The position numbers and the translations under genes are program-made. The notes beneath the pieces were generated by a model. The model ran no database searches. It had not been told where the DNA came from and saw only the letters and a list, made by a program, of their open reading frames with translations. From contig CBDFJG010000003.1 of the NCBI GenBank assembly GCA_965248445.1, positions 672,001-736,000 on the forward strand: DNA of 64,000 nt, written 5' to 3'. Shown in pieces: positions 19,341 through 28,123 of this stretch. Within the stretch, counting starts at the first letter, position 1. Every line of letters starts with the position of its first letter. The stretch comes from Planctomycetota bacterium. GTDB taxonomy: Bacteria > Planctomycetota > JAJSAM01 > JAJVHW01.

Positions 19341-21049
19341 GCAGCCGCCGCAGCGCCGTCGTCGTCGCGCTCGGGATCGGTGTCGCTCTGCTCCTGGGCT
19401 GGCTTCTTGGGCGCGTGGTCATCCCGGTCGGGGAGCGGGTGCGCGCGTCGCGCCTGCGTTCGGCGGTCGATCCCTCCGCTCTCCTCGGTGAACCCGGCGA
19501 GGCGACCGCGGAGGACCCGCCGATCGTGCCGCGCACGGAGCCGGACGACCAGACGGCCGAGGATCCCCCGGTAGTCGCGGATGTCACTGCGCCCGACGAG
19601 CCGGTGGATCCCGCCGTCGACCCCGAGGGGATCGCCCGACAAGAGCGTGCGCTGCGCGAGGCGGTCGAGGCCGCGACCGGAGACTCCGAGCGCGTCGCCG
19701 CACAGCGGGCGCTCGCGCGCTTCCTGCAGCAGCACGGACGCTTCGTGTCGGCCGCCGAGCACTGGCGCGCGGCGCGGGTTGCAACCGGCGCGGCCGAGGA
19801 CGCCCAGGGAGAGGCCGAGTCGCTGCTGGCGTTCGCCGAGCGCATCCTCGTGTCGCGCGCCCCGGGAGGCGGAATCCGCGCGGCGTTCGAGGACGCGCGC
19901 ATCGCGCTCGCCCGCGCGAAAGACGCCGGTGCGGACACGGCGTGGACCGCGCGGGGACTGGCGCGTTGCGCAGAGGCGCAGGGCGATCCCGACGCCGCGC
20001 TGCGTCATCTCACGGAGGCCAACGCGAGATGGCCGGATGACGTCGTGACGCAACGCGCGCTAGCATTCACCCTGCTGAACGCCCAGCAGCCCGAGCGTGC
20101 CATCCTGCTGTTCGGGGACCTGGTCGAGGCGACGCCGCAGGACGCGCTCCTCGCGCGGGCGCTCTCGTACTGCGCGCGGCAGAGCGGCAACACCGAGCTG
20201 GCCGCTTCCGCAGCCGAGACAGCGATCCGCGCCGCACCTGCCGACGCCGCCGGATGGAAGTCGCTCTGGCAGGCGTATGCCGGGGACCGGCGATTCGGCG
20301 AACTCGCGGAGAAGCTGGCTGCACTCGCGACCGAGATGCCGGAAATCGGAGCCGGCGCGCACTACGCCGGATTTGCGTACGAGGGCGCCGGCCGCATGGA
20401 GGACGCACTCGTCTGGCTGGCGGAGGCGTGGAAGCGCGACCCTGAGAACATGGCCGCGCGGATCGAGGCGGCGCGCATTCACCGCGACGTGCTGGAGGAC
20501 GCGGAGAAGGCGGCGCCGATCTACCGCGAGATTCTCTCGCGACGACCGGGCCACCTGCCCGCCGTGGCCGGACTCGGCCAGATCGCCGTGGCACTCGGGG
20601 CGCGGCAGGCGCACGCAGACGCCCTTCCGTACTTCGAGGAGGTCGCCGCTGCGCTCCCTGAGGACTCTCTGGCGCAGGCCAACCTCGGCCTGGCGCGGCG
20701 ATGGCTGGGCCAGTATGACCAGGCCGTCGCGGCCTATCGGCGGGCTGTCGACCTCGCGCCGGGAGATGCCCAGATCCGTAACGACATGGGCCTGCTCCTC
20801 CTGGTCATGCGGGACGACGAGGCCGCCGCGGCCGCCTTCGAGGGTGCTCACGAGGCCGACCCCCTCCACAACGACGGGCTCGAGAACCTCGGGTTCATGG
20901 CTCGGGAGCGAGGCGACCGGGCCGAGGCTCGGCGCTGGTTCCAGACAGCCTTGGATGCCGCCCGCCGCCGGGGGGAGGACGCCCTCCACGCCCGTCACCG
21001 CCGGAACGTGGACGACGTCCGCTTTCCGTTACCTCCGCTCTTCGATTGA
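19337..21049 (+). CDS. Membrane-anchored TPR protein
   Basis: N-terminal TM; TPR consensus such as ANLGLARRWLGQYDQAVAAYRRAVDLAP. Confidence 0.85.
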   Translation: MSSRRSAVVVALGIGVALLLGWLLGRVVIPVGERVRASRLRSAVDPSALLGEPGEATAEDPPIVPRTEPDDQTAEDPPVVADVTAPDEPVDPAVDPEGIARQERALREAVEAATGDSERVAAQRALARFLQQHGRFVSAAEHWRAARVATGAAEDAQGEAESLLAFAERILVSRAPGGGIRAAFEDARIALARAKDAGADTAWTARGLARCAEAQGDPDAALRHLTEANARWPDDVVTQRALAFTLLNAQQPERAILLFGDLVEATPQDALLARALSYCARQSGNTELAASAAETAIRAAPADAAGWKSLWQAYAGDRRFGELAEKLAALATEMPEIGAGAHYAGFAYEGAGRMEDALVWLAEAWKRDPENMAARIEAARIHRDVLEDAEKAAPIYREILSRRPGHLPAVAGLGQIAVALGARQAHADALPYFEEVAAALPEDSLAQANLGLARRWLGQYDQAVAAYRRAVDLAPGDAQIRNDMGLLLLVMRDDEAAAAAFEGAHEADPLHNDGLENLGFMARERGDRAEARRWFQTALDAARRRGEDALHARHRRNVDDVRFPLPPLFD

Positions 21050-21063
21050 GAGCGTCGCCTCGT

Positions 21064-21079
21064 TGGCAGGGAGTTCGCT
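21064..21079 (+). promoter_or_regulatory. Candidate sigma-54 promoter
   Basis: TGGCAGGGAGTTCGCT has GG-N10-GC spacing, in the intergenic region before 21363. Confidence 0.3.
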
Positions 21080-21362
21080 GCAACTCCTGACCTATGGCGG
21101 ACGTACGAACTGATGGCGAGTCGGACGAGTGGAACGTGGTCCCGACGCTCGAACTGAGCTGGGGGCACGAAAGTCACTTGTCAGGACGTCACAAGAGCGG
21201 GTTCGACCGCGAGCGCGTCCGAGGCTGGATCTCGACGCGCGCACCGGCGCGCCTGACCAGATAGGATGTCCCGGCCTCGCCGTTGCCGTCTCCGGACGGC
21301 GCGGGTGGCGCGCCCCCGGCAGATCACCGGGACACCCGTGACCGGATACTGGAGGAACGCAG

Positions 21363-22745
21363 ATGCGTACAAGACTCATCGCACTGACTGTGGCAGGCGC
21401 TCTCGCCGCTGGACTCGCGTCCGGCGCCGGTATGGCCTTCGCCGCCGGCAAGGTCTCCGGTTCCGTCAAGTCAGCCGTCCAGAAGGCGGTGGCTTCTCTC
21501 GTCGGCGGAGACATCGATGCGTCGCAGACGCAGGACCGGGAGGTCCTCTTCAACCAGCTCGATAAGACGCTTGGAAAGAAGGACAAGAAGGGCACCGCGA
21601 TCCGCAGCCCCGAGTTCTGGGTCGAGACGATCACCTCGGAGTACTTCTCCGGCAAGTCGCGCAAATCGGCGGCGCACAAGAAGGTCGTCACCGAGGACAT
21701 GCAGGTCGTCTACGCGGACGCCAGCAGCGGGACCGTACCGGTCGTGTTCCATGGTGCTCTCGCCTACACGTCGAAGAAGCCGCACCCGCTGCTCATGTGC
21801 GTCGTCGCGAGTGATCAGGACGCGAAGGCGTATCTCGAGACGAACTGGCTGGTCCACGAGGCCATCAAGAAGAACTGGATCGTCGCGGCGGTGAACGAGT
21901 CGGACAAGTTCCCGATCGCGAAGCAGCCCTGGCTCGCGGCCCACGCGTTCACGCACCTGCGCGAGCGTTTCAACGTGCACCCGAACCAGTTCTACATGGA
22001 GGCCGAGGGCGCGACGTGCGAGACGATCCAGGACATCGCCGCAAACGCGATGCCCGACCGCATCGCCGGGCTGGTCCTGCGCAAGCCGACGAAGGCCATC
22101 ACGAGCGGCAACTCCAAGCTCTACACGGCCGTGGTCCTGCACGAGGGTGACGCCGACGCGACCGCCAAGGCCTACACGGATCTGAACGCCGATGGGAACA
22201 AGGCCATTGCCGTTGGTGATACGGCCATGGCCGACGTAGCTGCGTGGCTCATGGCGCACCCGGGACGCACACTCCCGACCGAGTACGCGTTCACGACCAC
22301 CACGAACGAGGACGGCATCACGTCCCCGTGGACCGGAACCATGCTGATCGTCAGTCCGCAGAAGCGCGGCGATGACATCACGATGAACGTGAAGTACGAC
22401 CGCGATGCGGGCGTGGTTGACATCACCGCCACGAACCTCGGTGAGTTCACGCTGTACATGAACGACGACCTCATGGATCTCGACAACCCGGTCTCAATCC
22501 AGGTGAACGGCGAGATCGTGGCGACCCGCAAGTTCGAGCGCTCGATCCGCGACATGTTCGAGACCGCCGACACGTTCGGTGAGTACGGCCGCGTGTTCAT
22601 GGCCGACTACCGCGGCTTCGCGCCGGCGCCGACGCCCGAGGAAGAAGCGGGCGACGCCGAGGGTGGTAGTGAGAAGGACAGTGCAGGTGGTGATGAGGCC
22701 GGTGGTGACGGTGCCGGCGGTGATGGGGAGGGCGGCGAGGAGTAA
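21363..22745 (+). CDS. Secreted hypothetical protein, degenerate alpha/beta-hydrolase-like
   Basis: SD GGAGG, signal peptide; HPLLMCV, LRERFNVHPNQFYM, YMNDDLMDLDNPVSIQVNG; acidic Gly-rich tail. Confidence 0.8.
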   Translation: MRTRLIALTVAGALAAGLASGAGMAFAAGKVSGSVKSAVQKAVASLVGGDIDASQTQDREVLFNQLDKTLGKKDKKGTAIRSPEFWVETITSEYFSGKSRKSAAHKKVVTEDMQVVYADASSGTVPVVFHGALAYTSKKPHPLLMCVVASDQDAKAYLETNWLVHEAIKKNWIVAAVNESDKFPIAKQPWLAAHAFTHLRERFNVHPNQFYMEAEGATCETIQDIAANAMPDRIAGLVLRKPTKAITSGNSKLYTAVVLHEGDADATAKAYTDLNADGNKAIAVGDTAMADVAAWLMAHPGRTLPTEYAFTTTTNEDGITSPWTGTMLIVSPQKRGDDITMNVKYDRDAGVVDITATNLGEFTLYMNDDLMDLDNPVSIQVNGEIVATRKFERSIRDMFETADTFGEYGRVFMADYRGFAPAPTPEEEAGDAEGGSEKDSAGGDEAGGDGAGGDGEGGEE

Positions 22746-22756
22746 GCCGACCCCGG

Positions 22757-24481
22757 GTGGCGGAACCGCCGACCGACCAGCGGCCAGCAGATGGGGCCGC
22801 GAGCGAGAACCCGGAACCTTCCCTAGCGGGGGGTTCCGGGTTCGTCGCATTCCTGCTCGCGACCGTGTTCTGCTCGGGCTGCGCGATCATGATCGTCGAG
22901 ATGACGGCCGTGCGGCTGCTGCAGCCGTTCTTCGGCTCGACCAACATCGTCTGGACGAACGTGATCGGCGTCGTCATGGCCGCCCTCGCCGTCGGCTACG
23001 CAGTGGGCGGCCGGCTGGCCGACCGCAGACCGTTCGCGAAGGTGCTGTACGGCCTGCTCGCGGCGGGCGGACTCGTCGTGCTGCTGACCGCGCCGCTGAC
23101 CACACCGATCGCCGAGTGGCTGCTGCCGGTCGAAATGCACGTGGAGGGAGTCGCGGGCACCCTCGGCCGCGGATCGCTCGCGGCGTCGATCATCCTGTTC
23201 GCGCCGGCGACGCTGCTGCTCGGCATGATCTCGCCACTCGCCGTGCGGTTGCTCGCGACGGGCGGCGTGGGCCGCGCGGCGGGGCGGGTGTTCGCCATCG
23301 GAACCGTCGGATCGATCGTCGGGACGTATCTCCCGACCTACGTCCTGATCCCCGAGTTCGGATCACGCCGCACGATGCTGATCGCGGCCGTGCTGCTGCT
23401 GATCCCTGCGGTCATCGGGCTGGCGCTCACGTGGCGGCGGCGGGGAACGGCGGCAGCGTTGGTCGTACTTGTGGTCGCCCTGCCGGTCGGTGCGCTGACC
23501 TCAGCGGCTCCAGGACGATCACTCCCACCGCTCCCCGGTGACCGCGACGGAGTCGCGCACCTCCTCGCCGAGGGCGAGTCGCCCTACCAGTACGTAACCG
23601 TGCGCGAGGACCGTTTCGAGAACGGGGAGGCGTGGCGCCTCATGACGCTGAACGAGGGCGTCTACACGTACCACTCGTTCGAAGTCCTGGGGCAGGTCTT
23701 GACCGGCTCCCGGTACTACGACGACTACGCCGTCTTGCCGATGCTGCTCGACGTCCCCCGCGGAGCCGAACTGCGCGCAGCCATCGTTGGACTTGCCGGC
23801 GGGATCTTCCCGCATCAATGGAAGCACTTCTGGGACGGCGTATACGACCTGCACGTCGACGGCGCGGAACTCGATCCGCTCGTGCTGGAGTACGGCCGGA
23901 CGCACTTTCACCTTCCGCCGAGTGACTCGGACTGGCTGTCCGCGTACGTCATGGACGGCCGGCAGATGCTGGCCGCAGGACGCGGCGCGCCCGGGTACCA
24001 CATGATCGTGGTCGATGCGTTCACGCACGAGCTGTACATCCCGTTCCACCTCGGTACGCGGGAGTTCTTCGAACTCTGCAAGGAACGACTCGAGCCGGGT
24101 GGAATCCTGGCCATGAACGTCTACGCGTACCGGCCGGACTCGCCGAACCTGCTCGCGCTGCAGAACACGTGCGCTCACGTGTTCGGCCACGCCGTTCAGG
24201 TGCGTCAGTCGTGGGGCGGCAACTTCGTGCTCATGGCACGCAACGGCGCACCTCCGGATCTGTCACGCCTCGCGGCGATGCGCGTGAATGCGCGCTTCGG
24301 CGACCGCAGTGAAGTCGCTGAGTGGGGCGATCTGATCACCCTCGCCAGCAAGATCCCGGGCAAGAGCGTCATCCTCCCTCACGATCCCGAGGGTTGGTTG
24401 CTGACCGACGACCACGCACCACTCGAGCGCCTGATGGACGAGATGATCGATCGTGCCGAAGCGGAGGCGCGCGGGCCGTGA
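22757..24481 (+). CDS. Fused membrane domain / spermidine synthase-like SAM-binding protein
   Basis: About 7 TM helices (PFFGST..VWT..IG), ESPYQY, VGLAGG, ELDP, DGR, IVVDAF. Confidence 0.88.
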   Translation: MAEPPTDQRPADGAASENPEPSLAGGSGFVAFLLATVFCSGCAIMIVEMTAVRLLQPFFGSTNIVWTNVIGVVMAALAVGYAVGGRLADRRPFAKVLYGLLAAGGLVVLLTAPLTTPIAEWLLPVEMHVEGVAGTLGRGSLAASIILFAPATLLLGMISPLAVRLLATGGVGRAAGRVFAIGTVGSIVGTYLPTYVLIPEFGSRRTMLIAAVLLLIPAVIGLALTWRRRGTAAALVVLVVALPVGALTSAAPGRSLPPLPGDRDGVAHLLAEGESPYQYVTVREDRFENGEAWRLMTLNEGVYTYHSFEVLGQVLTGSRYYDDYAVLPMLLDVPRGAELRAAIVGLAGGIFPHQWKHFWDGVYDLHVDGAELDPLVLEYGRTHFHLPPSDSDWLSAYVMDGRQMLAAGRGAPGYHMIVVDAFTHELYIPFHLGTREFFELCKERLEPGGILAMNVYAYRPDSPNLLALQNTCAHVFGHAVQVRQSWGGNFVLMARNGAPPDLSRLAAMRVNARFGDRSEVAEWGDLITLASKIPGKSVILPHDPEGWLLTDDHAPLERLMDEMIDRAEAEARGP

Positions 24482-25389
24482 TCCAGGTACGGATCGCCGC
24501 GGTTCTGCTCTGCCTGCTCTCTGCGGTGGCAGCCGCGCAGGACGGGGAGAGTCCGGCCGCCGCGCTGCGCCGGGCCTACGACGCGGACGGCACACCGGGA
24601 GCAGTGGCGTATCTGCAGCACGTGAAGGACGGCTACGAGGGCGGCGGGGGAGCGGGCCGGATGGTGGATGCAGCGGAGGCCGCGCTCGAGGTCCTGCCGA
24701 CACTGACGGGGAATCGACACGCGACCGAGATGGTCCTGACAGTTCTCCAGCGTGAGTACGGGCAGGCCCGTGCGTGGGGCGCCGCCATGGCGCTGCGTAG
24801 CCGACTGTTGAACAGCCTGGACGTGGAGGGCGGCGTGCCGTTCCTCAACGCCATGAGCGACTCCTACCCCGACCAGTCGCAGTTCTTCCTGATCGATCTC
24901 GGATACCTGCAGGAGCGGTCCGGTCATCCCGTCGAGGCCCGAGCCGCGTTCGAGCGCGTGCTGACGACCGATGCCGAGGCCAGCGTGATCACGGCGCTGT
25001 ACCGCCTGGCGGCGCTGGACGAGTTGGACGGTGACGTGGACTCGGCCTTGCGACGGTATGACGAGATTCACGCGAAGAACGCCAGCCCATGGCCGTTGAT
25101 CTGGCAGACCCGCGTCCTACGCGGCACGGCCCGTCGTTACGACGACGCCGAGGCGTCCCTATCGCGCGCGCGCACCGCGACCGAGGCGCTCGCCGCCGGT
25201 CCGAAGCGCGACGAGTTGCGGCGGCTGCTCGACGACGAAGTAGTGGCCCTGACCGAGAGCCGCAGCACGCAGCACGATCTGCGCGAGATCTCCGGACACA
25301 TCGACCGCGCGCTGCTCGGGGCGCTGGCGGCCTGGCTGCTGCTGCTCGGCGGGGGAGGTCTCCTGCTCCGCCGGAAGGGCGTGCTGTGA
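24478..25389 (+). CDS. Secreted TPR-like protein with C-terminal TM anchor
   Basis: GTGA overlap, signal peptide, TPR-like helices, C-terminal hydrophobic segment plus RRK. Confidence 0.7.
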   Translation: MIQVRIAAVLLCLLSAVAAAQDGESPAAALRRAYDADGTPGAVAYLQHVKDGYEGGGGAGRMVDAAEAALEVLPTLTGNRHATEMVLTVLQREYGQARAWGAAMALRSRLLNSLDVEGGVPFLNAMSDSYPDQSQFFLIDLGYLQERSGHPVEARAAFERVLTTDAEASVITALYRLAALDELDGDVDSALRRYDEIHAKNASPWPLIWQTRVLRGTARRYDDAEASLSRARTATEALAAGPKRDELRRLLDDEVVALTESRSTQHDLREISGHIDRALLGALAAWLLLLGGGGLLLRRKGVL

Positions 25390-26168
25390 CGAAAGAAGGC
25401 CTTCGATCCCTCCGATACGGAGCCGTGCCGTATCTGAACGCCGAGCCCCTCCTGGCCGGTCTCGCGGAGGAGACCGGGCCCCTCCTGCGCGCGGTCCCGG
25501 CCCGCCTGGCGGAGATGCTGGCGGCGGGGCAGGTGGACGTGGCCCTGGCGCCAGTCGTGGCGTCGTTCGAGCAGCCCGGGTCCTGCATCGTCCCGGCCGG
25601 CGCGGTCGTGGCACGGGGGCCGGTGAAGAGTGTCCTCCTGTTCGCCAAGAGGGACCCGAGCGAGGTCCGGACGGTGGCCCTCGACACGTCCTCGCGGACC
25701 AGCGCAGCGCTGGTGAGGGTCCTGTTCGAGCACCTGTGGAAGACCCGCCCCACATTCGGCCAGCGAGACCCGGAGCCAGACCTGAGGGGCGTCGGGGAGG
25801 ACGCGGTCCTCCTCATCGGGGACCCGGCGCTCCGGGCCGTCTGGGACGGGCCACCCGCCATCGATCTGGGAGCCGCCTGGCGGGACTGGACGAACCTGCC
25901 GTTCGTCTTCGCCGCCTGGATCGCTCGGGACGCGGGCAGCGCTGAGAGAGCCGCTCCGGCCCTGGTGCGGGCCGCGGCCAGGGGCCAGGCGACCCTCCCA
26001 TCGATCGCCCGCCGCGGGGCCGCCGACGTGGGCCTGCACGAGGACGCCGCGCTGACCTACCTGCGCCGCCATCTCTCCTTCGAATACGGCCCCGAGGAGG
26101 CCGCGGGACTGGCGCGGTTCCGGGAGCTCTGGCAGACCACCCCGGGACTCGGCCTCGCCGAGGGATAG
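25386..26168 (+). CDS. mqnA: Chorismate dehydratase (futalosine menaquinone pathway)
   Basis: VPYLNAEPL, GPVKSVLL, SRTSAAL, LLIGDPAL, DLGAAW..WTNLPFVFAAW. Confidence 0.9.
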   Translation: MTKEGLRSLRYGAVPYLNAEPLLAGLAEETGPLLRAVPARLAEMLAAGQVDVALAPVVASFEQPGSCIVPAGAVVARGPVKSVLLFAKRDPSEVRTVALDTSSRTSAALVRVLFEHLWKTRPTFGQRDPEPDLRGVGEDAVLLIGDPALRAVWDGPPAIDLGAAWRDWTNLPFVFAAWIARDAGSAERAAPALVRAAARGQATLPSIARRGAADVGLHEDAALTYLRRHLSFEYGPEEAAGLARFRELWQTTPGLGLAEG

Positions 26169-26228
26169 CAGGGGAACGGGCGCCAGAACTCGCCGTGCGT
26201 GTACCCCTCAGACCGTCCCCCGTACTCC

Positions 26229-26256
26229 ATTTTACATAATATGGATTATGCGACAT
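26229..26256 (-). other. dif: XerCD dif chromosome-dimer resolution site
   Basis: Minus strand ATGTCGCATAA-TCCATA-TTATGTAAAAT versus E. coli GGTGCGCATAA-TGTATA-TTATGTTAAAT; intergenic AT-rich patch; gene orientation converges here. Confidence 0.85.
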
Positions 26257-26698
26257 TATGTAAGGGGTGCCTGACAGGGTGTGAATGAACTATCTCACTT
26301 TGTTAAAGTGAGTTAGCGACGATGTCGCAGGGTGGTTATGCCCGGCCTTATTGCGACATCTGTTAGTCCTCCCCGGGTCGGATCGACGTCTTCCGCCCCG
26401 TCGCGACGGCTTTGCAGAGAGTCGGTCGGCGGCCCCTCCCCGGGAAGGCGCGCAACCCGTACAGTGGCGGGTCGGGGGAGCGTGACGGAACACCCGGCGG
26501 CGCCATCTTCGCACGCCAACCAGTGGGGCGACATCTGGGCGGCGGTCGCCCGATGCGACCACAGGAGGAAGCGCCCGCGCGGGGTCTTGGAGGCCCTCTC
26601 GTGCGGGGCGTCCGGCTGGCTGGACGCGCCGTGGATCGTGCGCTCGACGCGGAGTTGCGTCGTGCTGCACCGCCCACCGGACTCCCTAGCGGGCGGGC

Positions 26699-27909
26699 CT
26701 AGTCGTCCTCGCCGGGGCGCCGTGGGAACGGAGGCCGCGCGCCGCCGCCGGGGAGGGGCGGACGCTTGCGCATGCGGTCCTTGAAGCGCCTCTCGAACTC
26801 CGACTGTGGCCGGCGGCCGGAGACGATGTCGGGATCGAAGGTGTCCTCGCCGCCTTCCCGCCGCCGACGGGGGTCGGTCAGGAGGAGCGCGTGGACGACG
26901 CGATCACCGTCCACCACCAGGCCCGTCATGTCGCCCTGGCTCGTCTTGACCCGGAACACCCGGCCACCGCCGGGGACCCGGGTCGAGTCGGCCTTTCCGT
27001 GCAACTCGAGTGTCAAACGACGGACGTCCGTCAGGAACCGGTCGGGGTTGCCCGACGGGGCCATGTCGGTCGTCAGGACCTCTTCGCGGGCCTCGAGGAG
27101 ACAGGCCTCGACGGCCAGGGCGCGGACCAGCTCGGGCCAGCGGGCCCGGAAGTCGCCCGCCTTGCCGAAGACCTCCACCACCAACGGTGTGCCGTCCAGG
27201 AGCGCCACGTAGCCGACCTGCTGCAGACCCGGACCGGCGCGGGGCACCCGTGAGAGCGCCTGGCGGTACTCCGTGGCCCGGTCGCGAATTGTCGCTCCAC
27301 TCGCCAGGTTCGCGGGCGCCCTGCGGGTCGTGGTCAGCCCCGCCGCATCGGCCCAGCCGTTGATCAGCGCCGTGGCTTCCCTCGCCCGGATCGAGCGGGT
27401 GAAGGCCCACCGGAGGGTCGGCGGCACGGCGGCGTGCAGGAAGGCCGGTTCTGGACCGGGCTCCCGCGGCGCACGCAACGAGACCGCCTCGACGGGCAGC
27501 TTGGCGCGCTTGCCGCCGGGGACAACCAGATGCTTGGTGACCACGAGGTCCAGTTCGTCGGCGCGGATCAGGTCCCCCGGGAGGAGCACCGTGCGCTCCG
27601 CCGCGAAGTTGTCCAGGTGGGTCGGACGCACGCGACCGCGGGCCGGGAACGCCAGCCCCACCGTGTCGGGGTTGGCCGTCGCAGCCAGCCTCGTGTCTCG
27701 GGAGCGACCGCGGTCCGCGGCGACTCGAGAAAGTGGATCGTCAGGAGCCGGAATTCGAGACCCGGGGAGGCCGTCAGGCCCGCCATGTGCCGCGTCAAGG
27801 CGTTCACCCCGTCGCGGGCGTCGGCTGGCGCCGGGGAGGCAGCCAGGACCCCCACGGTGACCGTGAGGGCCGCGAGGCCCAGGAGACGGTGCCTGCGGCG
27901 TGCCTGCAT
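26699..27909 (-). pseudogene. Secreted ARPP-1/DUF6569-like protein, frameshifted near 27700
   Basis: Signal peptide frame (MQARRRHRLLGLAAL..., ATG 27909) continues in another frame (LLPGDLI...VGYVALLDG..VEVFG...WPELVRALAVEA); true pseudogene or indel error. Confidence 0.6.
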
Positions 27910-28123
27910 AGCTCCGAGTATAGGCGGCGAAGCCAACCGGACCGGTCGAAGGGGCCGGGGAAGGGGCGGGGCTCGGGCCGGGGAGGGATCGGCCGCGGCC
28001 GACGACGATCCCGGCCGGCTCCAAAGGGGAGCCCCGATTTCCCGATAGGTGAGGGGACCGTACCCACGGTCCGCCCGTCTCCCCCGTCCACAACTCCCCC
28101 GCCCGAGGAGTGCCCCCCCCACA

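Noticed and set aside
26482..26702. Small + strand ORF(s) after dif (MTEHPAAP... / MRPQEEAP...)
   Set aside because: Would need a frameshift to join and has no recognisable motif
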